From an uncultured cyanobacterium (GTDB lineage Bacteria > Cyanobacteriota > Cyanobacteriia > Cyanobacteriales > Nostocaceae), in assembly GCA_963706595.1 (NCBI GenBank), contig OY970166.1:2688001-2752000 (forward strand): 64,000 nt of DNA. The letters run 5' to 3'. Below the pieces are notes generated by a model. It saw only the letters and a program-made list of their open reading frames with translations. It had not been told where the DNA came from and did not search any database. Numbering within the stretch: position 1 is the stretch's first letter; each line of letters starts with the position of its first letter. The position numbers and the translations under genes are program-made. Of the stretch, positions 21,514 to 33,585 are shown piece by piece.

Positions 21514-21720
21514 TCATATACTACAAACATTAACGGCGGTCGGGCCTTTTTGTCCGTCTTGAATCTCGAACTCGACTGCTTGACCTTCGGCAAGGGTCTT
21601 AAAGCCATTGTCTTGTATGGCAGAAAAATGTACGAAAACGTCTTTACTGCCATCTGCTGGTGTGATGAAGCCAAACCCTTTGGATTCATTAAACCATTTT
21701 ACGTGTCCTTTCATTTTCAT
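21514..21720 (-). CDS. cspC: cold-shock domain protein, enterobacterial CspC/CspE-like
   Basis: [30 protein letters not shown] (RNP1/RNP2); 68 aa from ATG 21720. Confidence 0.9.
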   Translation of the reverse strand: MKMKGHVKWFNESKGFGFITPADGSKDVFVHFSAIQDNGFKTLAEGQAVEFEIQDGQKGPTAVNVCSI

Positions 21721-21800
21721 CTGAACTGCGGATGATGGTGCGCTCATGATTATAACAAGCACAAGTATCTATTTCTTGATAGTAGATACTTAATCCTGAA

Positions 21801-23813
21801 TTACAACTTGCTCTTGACTTTTGGGCGCTTTTCCTCATAGCTCATTTGAGCCACAGGAATAGTGAAATGAAATTGACTACCTTGGTCTTTACCATGAGAT
21901 TGGGCCCAAATTTCCCCACCCCAGCCAGTGACAATTTGACGGCTAATTGCTAATCCCAAGCCAGTCCCGCCAGTGGTCCGCCGCAGCGCTCCTTCTTCTT
22001 GATAAAAGCGGTCAAACACGATTTCTAGGCGATTGGGTTCAATACCACGTCCAGTATCAGCCACAGTCACCTCCACCATCTGATTTTTGTTTTCAGTGGC
22101 TGTAATCGTAATCTGGCCTTCAGACAGTGTAAATTTACAAGCGTTATCGATCAGTTTTGCAATTACCTCCACCAGCCAATCACCATCAGCCCTGACTAAA
22201 GGCAGATTTTCAGCAATTTGAGTTTTGATTTGGGGTGGTTTATCGGCTGAGGAACGGGTGCGAAGTCGGCTGAGGGCTAAATCCACACATTCTTGTAAAG
22301 TCAAGGATTCTGGATGCCATTCTACCCTGCCGCTTTCTAGGTTGGAAAGGGTGAGGAAATCTTGCACCAGTTTCCGCATTCGTTCTGAGTCGGAGAGTGC
22401 AGTACTCAGCATCACCTGTTGCAACTCTAAAGGCATATCCGGTTCGGTTGCCAGACTTTCTAAGCACACCTGAATTGTGGATAGAGGCGTGCGGAGTTCG
22501 TGGCCTGTAATGGCGATTAAGTTGCTGCGGGTGCGGTCAAGGGCTTCTAGCTGCTGGTTCAGGTCTTCGAGGTTGGCGTAAGCTTCGGCTTGAATTAAAG
22601 CTGCGCCCATTTGAGTGGCGATCGCTTTCACCAAGTCTAGTTCTCCTGGTTGCCATTCGTGGGGCGGTACACTGCAATAATGCAATTCCACAATGCCTAA
22701 CAACCGTCCTTGAAATAACACTGGTTCAATTAACCAAGAACGAATGGCAAATTTTTTGGCAATTGCAGACAGTTTTTGGGATTTGGTCACACGAGGATCA
22801 CTCAGCGTATCCGCTACACAAACGCCCTCACCGTTTTGGATGGCTTCTTGAAATAAATGATTTTCCTCTAACTGCCAACTTTGCCCACCTACAGGTAAAA
22901 CACCAGGAATCAAAAACTCATGTTTAATCTGTGCCTGGGCATCTATAGCCTGAGCGCGGTAAATTAAACAACGACTAGCCCCTAAGTGTTCTCCTAGTTC
23001 TTGTGCAGCAATTTGTAGCACTTCGTGGGGGTCAAGCGATCGCCTAATTGCCGTACTAATAGAGTTGACTAAACGCTCTTTTCGTGCTTGGGCAGTAATC
23101 GAACGATAGGCTTTGTGCAGTTTATATTGGCTAGCTTGCAGATAAGTCACCAAGCGCTGCACAAAGGGGTCAGTGTCGATATCACAAGCAAATTCAGTCT
23201 TTTGTTCGGCTGGGGAATAATTTCTAGTTTCCCCAATCCCAAACCTCTGGCGAGCCGCTTTAATTTTGTCTCCCAGGTCTGGTCTGTAAACTGAAATTCT
23301 GTCTAATAGCAAATCAGCAGCTTTAATGCTCACTCCCCGTTCTGATGTCCAGATTCCCTCAAACCTCCGCGCCGTGTCCATATCTAGGCTAGGAGTGAAT
23401 TCTGGTAACTGCTGGTTTTTGGAAATGGAACCCAGGCTTTCCCGGCACACCAAGCAAGTAGCATAATTATCAGCAATTACCACCAAATGCCATTCTTGAC
23501 TTAAGGCATCTTCTGGCTCAAAGGCCACCTTTTCATAATATTCCGAACTGTTGATAAAGTCCGTCTCTGGTGCGGACAAAACATATATTTGATTACTACG
23601 TAGAGATAAGCGCTGATAGCGATGAGCTTCTTGGCGATAGTATCGCTCTCGTTGGAAGCTAGCAATTATCAAAGGCTGCTCTAAAGTCGCCGCCAAAACC
23701 TGATCTTCCATCGCGTGGGAAAGGGCTGTTAATGAAGCCTTGAAATATAGCTGGGGTCGCAGGTATGGTATAGATTCTAGCAGATCACTCAGCACGGAAG
23801 ACGAAATGCTCAT
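21801..23813 (-). CDS. DICT-GAF sensor histidine kinase
   Basis: N-terminal SHAMED..ASFQ..EWHLV (DICT), GAF, HELRTPL, DNACKF, DTGRG, GTGLGL. Confidence 0.93.
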   Translation of the reverse strand: MSISSSVLSDLLESIPYLRPQLYFKASLTALSHAMEDQVLAATLEQPLIIASFQRERYYRQEAHRYQRLSLRSNQIYVLSAPETDFINSSEYYEKVAFEPEDALSQEWHLVVIADNYATCLVCRESLGSISKNQQLPEFTPSLDMDTARRFEGIWTSERGVSIKAADLLLDRISVYRPDLGDKIKAARQRFGIGETRNYSPAEQKTEFACDIDTDPFVQRLVTYLQASQYKLHKAYRSITAQARKERLVNSISTAIRRSLDPHEVLQIAAQELGEHLGASRCLIYRAQAIDAQAQIKHEFLIPGVLPVGGQSWQLEENHLFQEAIQNGEGVCVADTLSDPRVTKSQKLSAIAKKFAIRSWLIEPVLFQGRLLGIVELHYCSVPPHEWQPGELDLVKAIATQMGAALIQAEAYANLEDLNQQLEALDRTRSNLIAITGHELRTPLSTIQVCLESLATEPDMPLELQQVMLSTALSDSERMRKLVQDFLTLSNLESGRVEWHPESLTLQECVDLALSRLRTRSSADKPPQIKTQIAENLPLVRADGDWLVEVIAKLIDNACKFTLSEGQITITATENKNQMVEVTVADTGRGIEPNRLEIVFDRFYQEEGALRRTTGGTGLGLAISRQIVTGWGGEIWAQSHGKDQGSQFHFTIPVAQMSYEEKRPKVKSKL

Positions 23814-24876
23814 GAATATCGTTAAAGAAAAGCCCAATCACAATAAAGATTCAAGTCATAGCTGCATTGTACAAATTACAACGGACTCTCAAGTGCAGCA
23901 GACAGTTGAAATATGTAAAGAATCGTTAACAACACTTTTCACAAAGGTAGTGACAGCGTTAGAAAATTTTCCAGAACTAGACCAATAAAAATAGTACATT
24001 CCTTGCTCCTATCCTGGAATATGGAAGTGTTTTGCTACATTTGTCTTGATATTTATTTTGAACTTTTTTGTGGTTTCATTTGGTGGCCTGATCAGGTTTA
24101 AAACTAGAGGCTACTAAGCCCAATATACATTCAACAGACAGCTTTAGTCTCAATCTTAGCCACCGTGTATTTACCTAAAATTACCCATAAATCGAAAATC
24201 AGCCAGTTTAAACTTCTCTCCCTCGCTAATTTTATCAACTTTTTGGCAAATAATATTTGATTAGCTATTTATACCATTTACTCATCTGCTAATCCAAATC
24301 TATCTGTGGTTAATTCATTCTATGGCTACGCCACGCCAGCCATCATATTTTTACAACTGTAAGTAATTAAACTTCTACAAATAAATAACTGCTGTGAAGG
24401 CAAAAAAAGGGGGGATTTAATTTAAGTAAATTTCAAATATTTTGACAGCAAAAAATAGAAGAGTTTATTATATTGTGCTTTAAGAATTATTCTTCACTAT
24501 TTAATTGAAGCAAATTTTTACATAAATCTCTTTAAAGATACAAAAATTATTTAACCCAGTTTAAAGGATTAAAGGACTTAATCGCGCCATAAAATTGTCA
24601 CCATTGACAACTTTAGCATCTTGGCTAAGTATTTTCTTTCCATAACGTCTGAGAAGGTTGAGAGTTAGATAAATTAGCTGAAAATCACCGTTTTTCAGCC
24701 TTGACTTTAAATATAGAAAATATAATCTGGTAAAGATTTGTGATTAATGTCCTGTCTTTGTCTTTGCCAAAAATTGGTGCATCTTAATTTGACACCCAAA
24801 GATTAAAACCACCTTATAGAAACACTTTCCCCTGTTGAACCCATTGATATATACCTGGAAAAAGGAACTTTCGCTA

Positions 24877-27106
24877 ATGACACCGGATACACTGACGACC
24901 CCGGAAAAAATTTCTTTAGATGGCAAAACTTTTACTCCCGCAGCACAATTACCTATACCGGAATGGCCTTGTGTCGTTAGTGAAAGACCACAACCAACTC
25001 TGACGGTTAAAGATGATGATTTATTTTTAGTGACGGATACAATGGGGAACATTTCTGGCTGTTCCCTCCAGGATGGGAACCCGAACGTGGGACTATTTTG
25101 TGCTGACACCAGATTTCTCAATCGTCTAGAGTTGCAAATTGCCGGGCGATCGCCTATTCTTCTGAGTAGGTACCTGCTGAAAAAGGATTTTCAGTTTCAG
25201 TTCTCTGTACTAACCCGAATATTGACGAAGGACTGAAAGCTGAAACCATCGGTATTCGTCGAGAAATGGTGCTGAATGGGGCGCTATTTGAAGAAATTGA
25301 AATATCTAATTACAGCACCACAAACGTCAGCTTTGAATTAAGTATCAGCTTCGATGCAGATTTTGTTGATTTATTTGAGGTTCGCGGTGCTAAGAGAGAA
25401 CAACGGGGTAAGATTTTACGTTTAGTAGAATCCACACCTCAAGAATCCTTAACCTTAGCCTATCAAGGTTTGGATGGCTTATTAATGGAATCCCGTATCC
25501 AATTCCAGTATCGCCAACCAGACGATTTCCAGGGTTACACAGCTATTTGGCGGTTGGAACTAGCTTCTCACGAAACCCAAAAGCTAGGTTACAGAGTCAA
25601 TATGTTGACTAACAATCAGCCCAGTTCTACGGTGAGTGCAGCTTTTACCTTAGTACAAGCCAAAGCGGCTGAGTTGATGGAAGAGCAACAATGGATACAG
25701 CAAATTACACACATTAGATCAGATAAAAGTCTCTTCAATCGTGTAATTGAGCGTGCTGAACAAGATATGTATTTGTTGCGTCAGTCTTTTGGGAAGAATA
25801 AGACTGTTTCTGCGGGTGTCCCTTGGTTTTCCGCCTTATTTGGCAGAGATTCGCTAATTACAGCCTCCCAAACTCTGATGTTAAATCCTCAAATTGCTAA
25901 AGAAACTTTGATGATATTAGCCTCATATCAAGGTAAAACTGAGGATGATTGGCGCGAAGAAGAACCAGGGAAAATTTTACACGAGTTACGGTTTGGGGAA
26001 ATGGCGCGATGTGAAGAAATTCCCCATACACCCTATTACGGCACAGTTGATGCGACTCCCCTGTGGTTGATGTTGTATGCTGAATATTACGCTTGGACTC
26101 ACGATCAAGAAACACTAGAGAAACTTTGGCCGAATGCTCTAGCAGCGATGGAATGGATTGACCGTCATCTCCAACAGAGTAGCTATTTGACTTACTACCG
26201 TAAATCTAAACGTGGGTTGGCTAACCAAGGATGGAAAGATTCTGGCGACTGTATCGTAGACCATAAGGGTGAGTTAGCCGAGGGTCCCATTGCTTTGAGT
26301 GAGGTACAAGCTTACGTTTATGCAGCCAAAATTAAGCTAGCAGAAGTAGCTAAGATGAAGAAGCGGCTAGACTTAGCAGAACGCTGGCTAGATGAGGCTA
26401 GACACCTGAAGGTGCGTTTTAATCAAGATTTTTGGATTAAAGACCAAGATTTCTGCGCCTTGGCTTTGGACGGAGACGGTAAACCAGTGGAAAGTATTAC
26501 ATCTAATCCTGGACACTGTTTAAATTTAGGAATTTTTACACCGGAAAAAGCCTACAGTGTGGCGGAACGGTTACGCGCGCCAGATATGTTTAATGGCTGG
26601 GGGATTCGGACTTTGAGCAGTTTGTCACCCGCGTACAATCCAATGGGTTATCATATTGGTTCAGTTTGGCCTCACGATAATTCTCTCATTGCAATGGGAT
26701 TGCGATCGCTCGGTCTAATCTGATCAAGCTTTAGAAGTATTCCAAGGTTTGTTTGATATGACTAGTCAGCAACCATATCAACGTCCTCCAGAACTTTTCT
26801 GCGGTTATGAACGCAATGGTGACCATGCGCCGGTACAGTATCCAGTTGCTTGTACACCCCAAGCTTGGGCGACCGGGACTATATTTCAACTGCTGCAAAT
26901 GGTGGTTAATTTAGTCCCTGATGCTCAAAATAATTGCTTACGAATTATTGATCCGACTTTACCAGAATCAATTAATCCTCTGTCATTCCATAATTTGAAA
27001 GTCGGACCTACTATCCTGGATTTGGAGTTCGAGCGTTCTGGTAAGTACAACAGCTTGTCGGGTGGTGAAGAAACGGGGTAATCTCCGGGTGGTTATTGAA
27101 GCGTAA
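24877..27106 (+). CDS. glycogen debranching enzyme / amylo-alpha-1,6-glucosidase family protein (frameshifted in this sequence)
   Basis: AGVPWF..LFGRDS, EEPGKILHE, NQGWKDS, YH.GSVWPHDN, PQAWA; frame changes near 25170, 26720 and 27040. Confidence 0.88.
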
Positions 27107-27394
27107 CCAGGGAATAGCTCACAAAATTTTAGGGGTTTAGTCACGCTAAACCCCTAAATAAGATAAAATCCCCAAGTTGTAGGGTGGGTTAGGACGATAG
27201 TCCGTAACCCACCATTATCCTGATGATTGAGATATTTCCCCTGATTCCCATTGCTTCCTGAGAAAAAATCTTAGAAGAAAACTGGTTTCCCGAATCTAAA
27301 GCTCATGTTCAGGAGTAATTTCAGTAGTTATAGGGGTTGAACAATTAATGCTAAACCCCCAATGCTACAAATACTAAATTATGACTGTCAAAAA

Positions 27395-27714
27395 TTAACC
27401 TTCTTCTTGACGGTCGATTTTGTGTCCTGGAGAAGATTCATAAAGAGCATCTAACTGTTGACGAGCATCTTCAACGTTAACTGAACGCATGACTAACAAA
27501 GGTTCTTTAATTAAGTTACCCGCGTTATCTAATAATTCTGGGTGGGGAATAAATTGTTTTCTCGAAGACATATAGCCTTGATTATCCATTGATGAGTATT
27601 TACCTGGATAAACTCGCTCTCGATCAAAACTGAACATAATCAAGTTGCGGATTAAGTTAGCCACGGCTAAAAAGCCAGAATTGTAAAAGCCAGAATGTAA
27701 AGTAGGTGTAACAT
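27395..27714 (-). CDS. DUF2973-like small membrane protein (1-nt indel near the 5' end)
   Basis: MLHLLYILAFTILAF from 27714 joins VANLIRNL..HPELLD..EPLLVMRS if one T is added to a T-run near 27670. Confidence 0.7.
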
Positions 27715-27991
27715 CGGATTTTCCTCTAAGAGCAGCAAGTTTTAAAACTTTATTCGGTTAGCCTTTTGCTTCGCCTATATTGTCAGAGTCCGGCGAAGAT
27801 GAATATCTCACGCACCTTGGTGCGTCTATATCTTGATGGAAAAATTTGTTAATCTATTCAAACTAAAGTAGCATGGGATACATTATTTGTTAATAAAAAT
27901 AATGTTAAGGATTTTGAATCTTTAATGCGACTTGTATAGTGTCTTGTTCTGATGCCAATGCAGTCTGCAAAAATCAACCAGCAGTCCAGTT

Positions 27992-28309
27992 TCAGGCTTC
28001 TAGTGCCTGACGAAAGCGCATTGATACATTCCAGCATTCTGTTACCAATCTGTGCCAAGGCATTAAGGTAGTCATCTCAATGCCGACTTGTCCATCCGTG
28101 GCGGTAAATAGCATTTTGGCTGCGTTTAGTTCATCTTGCGCTTGCTTGACTCGCAAAAGTAAATCTGATTGCTCTTCGTGACTCATAAATGAGAGTTGCC
28201 CGGTTTCTAACAATTCACGCGATCGCGCAAACCAATAATTAAAATCCTCCAGTAGAGGTTCTAATACCGTTTTCAGCATCTCAGCCCCTGGTACATTCGA
28301 GTCTCGCAT
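27992..28309 (-). CDS. DUF2605 family protein
   Basis: LEPLLEDF.YWF.RS and LMPWH.LV.ECW. Confidence 0.8.
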   Translation of the reverse strand: MRDSNVPGAEMLKTVLEPLLEDFNYWFARSRELLETGQLSFMSHEEQSDLLLRVKQAQDELNAAKMLFTATDGQVGIEMTTLMPWHRLVTECWNVSMRFRQALEA

Positions 28310-28733
28310 AAATAAAAAGTATATTTCTAACTCCTCTAAGAATATTAACATTTTTTACAATTTTTAACATTATTTGATGCTATCTCCTCAGATAGATTGT
28401 GGAAAAATCTGTTCTAATCGCTACGAAATAGACTATAATTATAATTTGCGTAAGCTTTGTGTAAACTTGCAAAAATCCCAAAAAGCTATAAAAAATATAT
28501 ACAGTCAAAGTATTTTCAGCCCAGCCTCAGCGTAGCTCACAGTCAGTATCGCCAGCGAATAAGCATAATTTCCTACTTTGGTGCTGAGTCCTTAACACTC
28601 ATTTGCTGCGGTTTATGAGAAAAGCTTTAATTCCAGAGAAATATTAAAGTCAACTTGGCAGTAATCAAAGCCAGTAAACTCGCTATATTTGAAGCAGACT
28701 GGAAAGTGCTGAGTGCTGAGTAGGGAAAGAAAA

Positions 28734-28813
28734 GTAGGGTGCGTTATGGACGCTAGTCCTAACGCACCGAGAATTGAAGATGGTGCGTTGCGCTACGCGA
28801 CAACACACCCTAC
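28734..28813. repeat. GTAG-type REP doublet
   Basis: GTAGGGTGCGTT ... AACACACCCTAC; same family as 15321 and 61472, single arm at 27179-27213. Confidence 0.85.
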
Positions 28814-28892
28814 ACCCTGCTCCCTCCCAGCCTTTAAGTAGATTTTTCACAGCTTCAACTACTAAAATTATCTTTTTGTAATCACTTCGCTA

Positions 28893-30738
28893 ATGGTTCA
28901 GCAACCGATGTCGCCAAATTCATCTCTCAGTTCAATCAGAACAACCTGAAAAAATTTATTTACCTCGTACCAGCGAATCGGAAACATTAAAGCAGATTCG
29001 CCACACAGCTTCCCACGTAATGGCAATGGCGGTACAAAAGCTGTTTCCTAAAGCGCAAGTTACAATCGGTCCCTGGATTGAAAACGGTTTTTATTACGAC
29101 TTCGATAGTCCAGAACCATTTAGCGAAAATGATTTGAAAGCCATCAAGAAAGAGATGGTGAAAATTATTAATCGCAAATTACCTGTAATTCGGGAAGAAG
29201 TCAGCCGAGAAGAAGCCGAAGAAAGAATTTCAGAAATTCAGGAACCTTACAAACTAGAAATCCTGGGAGATATTAAAGAAGAACCGATCACAATTTACCA
29301 TCTGGGAAATGAATGGTGGGATTTGTGCGCCGGACCTCATGTAGAAAATACCAGCGAATTAAACCCCAAAGCTATTGAATTAGAAAGTGTAGCCGGTGCT
29401 TATTGGCGTGGGGATGAAACCAAGGCGCAGTTACAACGCATCTATGCGACTGCGTGGGAAAGTCCAGAACAACTGGCTGAGTATAAGCGGCGCAAAGAAG
29501 AAGCGCTACGAAGAGACCACCGTAAACTCGGTAAGGAACTGGGATTATTTATATTTTCCGAACAAGTGGGGCCGGGTTTACCTTTGTGGACTCCTAAAGG
29601 TACTTTGTTGCGGAGTGTTTTAGAAGATTTCCTCAAGAAGGAACAGCTAAAGCGGGGTTATTTACCTGTGGTAACGCCGCATATTGCGAGAGTGGATTTA
29701 TTTAAAACTTCTGGACACTGGCAGAAGTATAAGGAAGATATGTTTCCTTTGATGTCGGATGATGAGGAAGCCGCAGCTTTAGAGCAAGGTTTTGTCCTCA
29801 AGCCGATGAATTGTCCTTTTCATATCCAAATATACAAGAGTGAATTACGTTCCTATCGGGAATTACCAATTCGATTTGCCGAATTTGGTACTGTTTACCG
29901 CTACGAACAATCAGGAGAATTGGGTGGTTTAACCAGAGTGCGCGGTTTTACTGTGGATGATTCGCACCTGTTTGTGACTCCCGAACAGCTAGACAATGAA
30001 TTTCTCAACGTGGTGGATTTGATTTTGTCGGTGTTTAAGAGTCTGCAACTGAAGAATTTTAAAGCTAGACTCAGTTTCCGCGACCCAGCCAGTGATAAGT
30101 ATATTGGTTCTAATGAAGTTTGGGATAAAGCCGAAGGTGCTATTCGCCGCGCTGTGGAAAAGTTGGGAATGAATTACTTTGAGGGAATCGGGGAAGCGGC
30201 GTTTTATGGTCCCAAACTAGATTTTATCTTTAGTGATGCTTTAGAACGAGAATGGCAATTAGGAACTGTTCAGGTAGATTACAATTTACCAGAACGCTTT
30301 GATTTGGAATATGTGGCTGAAGATGGTTCCCGCCAACGTCCTGTAATGATTCACCGTGCGCCGTTTGGTTCTCTAGAACGGCTAATTGGGATTTTGATTG
30401 AAGAGTACGCTGGTGATTTTCCTTTATGGTTAGCACCTGTGCAAGCGAGATTGTTACCAGTGGGTGAAGCACAGCTAGATTTTGCTAAGGATGTCGCCGC
30501 GAAAATGGTGGCTGAGGGTATCCGTGCAGAAGTAGATACCAGTGGCGATCGCCTGGGTAAACTTATCCGCAATGCAGAGAAACAAAAAATCCCAGTCATG
30601 GCGGTGATCGGAGCCAAAGAAGTTGAATCTAACAGCTTAAGTATCCGTACCCGTGCTTCTGGAGAATTGGGAGCTATCCCTGTGGATGAGGTGGTGGATA
30701 AAATGAAGAGTGCGATCGCTAACTTCGAGAACTTCTAA
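28893..30738 (+). CDS. thrS: threonyl-tRNA synthetase (likely indel near the 5' end)
   Basis: IRHTASHVMA, DLCAGPH, RDHRKLG, KPMNCP, FYGPK, IHRA; upstream ATG 28893 is out of frame with the main ORF. Confidence 0.97.
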
Positions 30739-30759
30739 CCATCATAGGCTAGGCATTGC

Positions 30760-31630
30760 CTAGTCTAACCACGACTGCAAATCAGCCATACTGGTAAAAT
30801 CAAGCAAGGCTTCACCCAGATTTTCTAATTCTTCTAAAGAGAGAGTTTCCACACGCTGACGCACATCTTGAGGTAGTTCTCCCACTCGTCGAGTTAGTTG
30901 ACGCAGGATGAGCGATCTTTCTCTTTGTAATCCTTCTTCCCGACCTTCTTCTCGGCCTTCTTCCTTAATTTCCCGGTAAACTCGCGTTTCTTTGAGTGTG
31001 ATTCCTAGCATCGCTTCAACCTCCCTGCGGCTTAATTTTTCAAACTTGTAAACCATGATTGTGGTAACTAATTCAATTATGGCGCTACTTGCGGTTTCTG
31101 CTTCCTCACAAGCGGAACGTTCCAGTAAATACTTAGCCTCAGAGGGTGCTTTTTCTGAGTCTACAGTGGTTAATACCATTAATGCTATTTATAAAGGTAA
31201 TTGACAAATATCTCCCAATTCATCCAAATAGATATCGAATTTGCACCTGATTACAATTCAGGAATCATCAACCCTGAAAATAAATATTACTTTGTTCTAT
31301 ATTGCTTGATAGTATAAATTATCAATGCTTGCCAATCATAAATTTGTTACTGTTGCGGTAGAAATATTGATGTAAGGAATACAGCAAATACTCTCTTATA
31401 GAGTTTTTCGTCGTTTTAAAATTGCACTTCGCAGAAATACACCATAGCTGGATTTCAAGTATTTTATAGTGATAAAAATACCCGATAAAAGATATAAAAT
31501 TAAGTTCATTGACAGCCAAACGAATTAAAATGAGAAATACTCCAGCATTTTCAGGCGGAATTGTCAATAGTTCAAATAATAAAGTCGGTGATTTTGAAAT
31601 AGTTGATAAAATATGGAATCTCGGCGAATG
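30760..31630 (-). pseudogene. Rpn/DUF2887-DUF4351 family nuclease-like gene with degraded 5' half
   Basis: intact C-terminal EEGREEGR..LENLGEALLDF..L.SWL; remnants RRDSIFYQLFQ, PTLLFELL, VYFCEVQF and IYLDELGDI in shifting frames. Confidence 0.8.
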
Positions 31631-31817
31631 AAAGATGTTCCTCATGAGCGCAATAGTTAAACCTGTCGAAACACTCCTTTCTCTTATCATCTTAACCCCC
31701 AAGGAGTGCAAATTATCCAGATATTCTCAAAGCGATCGCTCATTTCGAGAACTTCTAGCAGAAAGTAGGGTGAGCAATACTCACCCTTTAAGTTGGCAAA
31801 ATCTAGCCACAAGCTTC

Positions 31818-32066
31818 TCATGCTGCAACTGAAGCTGTTAATCTTCCTTCGACTCGTTCATATTCATCTTCAAGTAGCCAAAGTTTTGCTTCTTCGTAGC
31901 TATCACTAGAAAACGCCAACTCATAATTCTGATTTGGATCGTAAACACAGCTTTTACCGGAACTGTCGCTTAATAAAATCAGAACGTATGGAGGTGAAGC
32001 CGTGGGATCTATCCATAGCTCCGAAAATTCCCAATTATCTACTAGGTTTTGTGCGTGGGATAACAT
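31818..32066 (-). CDS. small acidic protein, candidate immunity/antitoxin
   Basis: acidic and aromatic-rich (YEEAKLWLLEDEYE); overlaps the stop of the upstream gene. Confidence 0.65.
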   Translation of the reverse strand: MLSHAQNLVDNWEFSELWIDPTASPPYVLILLSDSSGKSCVYDPNQNYELAFSSDSYEEAKLWLLEDEYERVEGRLTASVAA

Positions 32067-32367
32067 GGTATTTGTTTCCTTTTACTTTCATTTCAGCATA
32101 ATAAAGTGGGATTTTACCGCCATCAATACTGAGACGATATCCAATTGGTTCGTCAAAGTATAATCCATAGCGTTCATGTCCGCGAATCATCCCTGTAAAT
32201 TCTCCTTGCTCTCTGATTGCTTGAGCAACTATATATATTGTCGCTTCATCAATAAATATATGAGCGCTTCCTTCTTTTTGCAGTAGCTGTTGCATTTGAG
32301 GAGTATCTGGGAGATGCTTGGCAACGTGTTTAGTGTCGAGAGTTAGTTCACGGTCAATTAAACTCAT
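32035..32367 (-). CDS. small protein, candidate nuclease toxin
   Basis: 110 aa; N-terminal KHLP, central PIGY, C-terminal YHVIP. Confidence 0.65.
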   Translation of the reverse strand: MSLIDRELTLDTKHVAKHLPDTPQMQQLLQKEGSAHIFIDEATIYIVAQAIREQGEFTGMIRGHERYGLYFDEPIGYRLSIDGGKIPLYYAEMKVKGNKYHVIPRTKPSR

Positions 32368-32534
32368 TCAAAGCAGGTTTACACATAATTGAGAAAGTTC
32401 GTTAAAGAATTTATCAGCGATCGCTTACTCATATACTAAATTTTACAAACCATACCTGGCTGCAATTAGCAATACTCATGAGCAAATCACCCCTTAACAT
32501 GAGATGCTGGTTGATGATTGGAGAGTATTTGCAG

Positions 32535-33476
32535 ATGTCTGTTATTTCTAGTATCACTGTTACCGTTCCTGCCACTACAGCTAACTTGGGGCCTGGTTTT
32601 GACTGTATCGGTGCAGCCTTAACGCTGTACAACAAGTTTAAATTCACTCGCCTCGATGAAGGTGGATTAATTATTGATGTCACAGGTGCAGAAGCTGAAC
32701 GGGTGCAAACCGATGAAAGTAATCTGCTGTATCAGGCTTTTGTCAAGTTATATCAATATATAGGACAAACACCGCCATCGGTAAAAATGGAAATTCAGCT
32801 TGGTGTACCCTTAGCGAGAGGTTTGGGTAGTTCAGCTACAGCGATTGTCGGCGGTTTAGTGGGTGCTAATCAACTAGCGGGTGCGCCTTTGACTCAATTA
32901 CAGGTGATGGAATTAGCGATCGCAATGGAAGGACATCCTGATAATGTAGTACCAGCCCTATTGGGGGGATGTCGTCTCGCTGCTACCAGTGCTGATAATT
33001 GGGAAATTTGCGATATTCCCTGGAATGAAAATATTGTCCCAGTCCTAGCTATTCCTGATTTTGAGCTTTCCACCAGTGAAGCACGGCAAGTTTTACCCAC
33101 TCAAGTCAGTCGTGCAGATGCAATTTTCAACACAGCGCATCTGGGGTTATTGTTGCGCGGTTTGCAAACAGGTAAGGGAGAATGGTTAAGCACAGCTTTA
33201 CAAGATAGATTGCATCAACCATATCGCCAAGCTTTGATTCCTGGTTACGATGCTGTAAATGCAGCTGCAATGAAAGCTGGTGCTTATGGCATGGTAATTA
33301 GTGGTGCAGGTCCGACACTGTTAGCTTTAGTAGATAAGTTGCATTCCCAGGCTGTAGAAGCCGCGATGTTATCAGCTTGGCAATCAACCGGAATTACAGC
33401 CACAGTGCGATCGCTTTCTCTGGATACCCAAGGTGCAAGCCATAGCACAAGTCAAAAGTCAAAAGTCAAAAGTTGA
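32535..33476 (+). CDS. thrB: homoserine kinase
   Basis: [35 protein letters not shown]. Confidence 0.98.
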   Translation: MSVISSITVTVPATTANLGPGFDCIGAALTLYNKFKFTRLDEGGLIIDVTGAEAERVQTDESNLLYQAFVKLYQYIGQTPPSVKMEIQLGVPLARGLGSSATAIVGGLVGANQLAGAPLTQLQVMELAIAMEGHPDNVVPALLGGCRLAATSADNWEICDIPWNENIVPVLAIPDFELSTSEARQVLPTQVSRADAIFNTAHLGLLLRGLQTGKGEWLSTALQDRLHQPYRQALIPGYDAVNAAAMKAGAYGMVISGAGPTLLALVDKLHSQAVEAAMLSAWQSTGITATVRSLSLDTQGASHSTSQKSKVKS

Positions 33477-33585
33477 CCCTGAGCGTAGCCGAAGGGTCAA
33501 AAGTGAAATGCTTGCTGTGAATTGGTTTTAGATTTTTATCATGTCCTCAGCGCCCTGTCTGTTGCTCTACCAAGGATAAACCGTA

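Noticed and set aside
21496..21515. tRNA T-arm-like GGTTGCGGGTTCGAGTC beside the csp gene
   Set aside because: No complementary T-stem 3' side, acceptor stem or anticodon arm; no cloverleaf can be built
23990..24830. Long AT-rich intergenic region (also 44580-45220)
   Set aside because: No ORF, repeat array or convincing RNA structure seen; consistent with divergent promoter regions
31322..31711. 129-aa ORF on the minus strand
   Set aside because: Mosaic of frames from the degraded Rpn-like gene, not an independent protein
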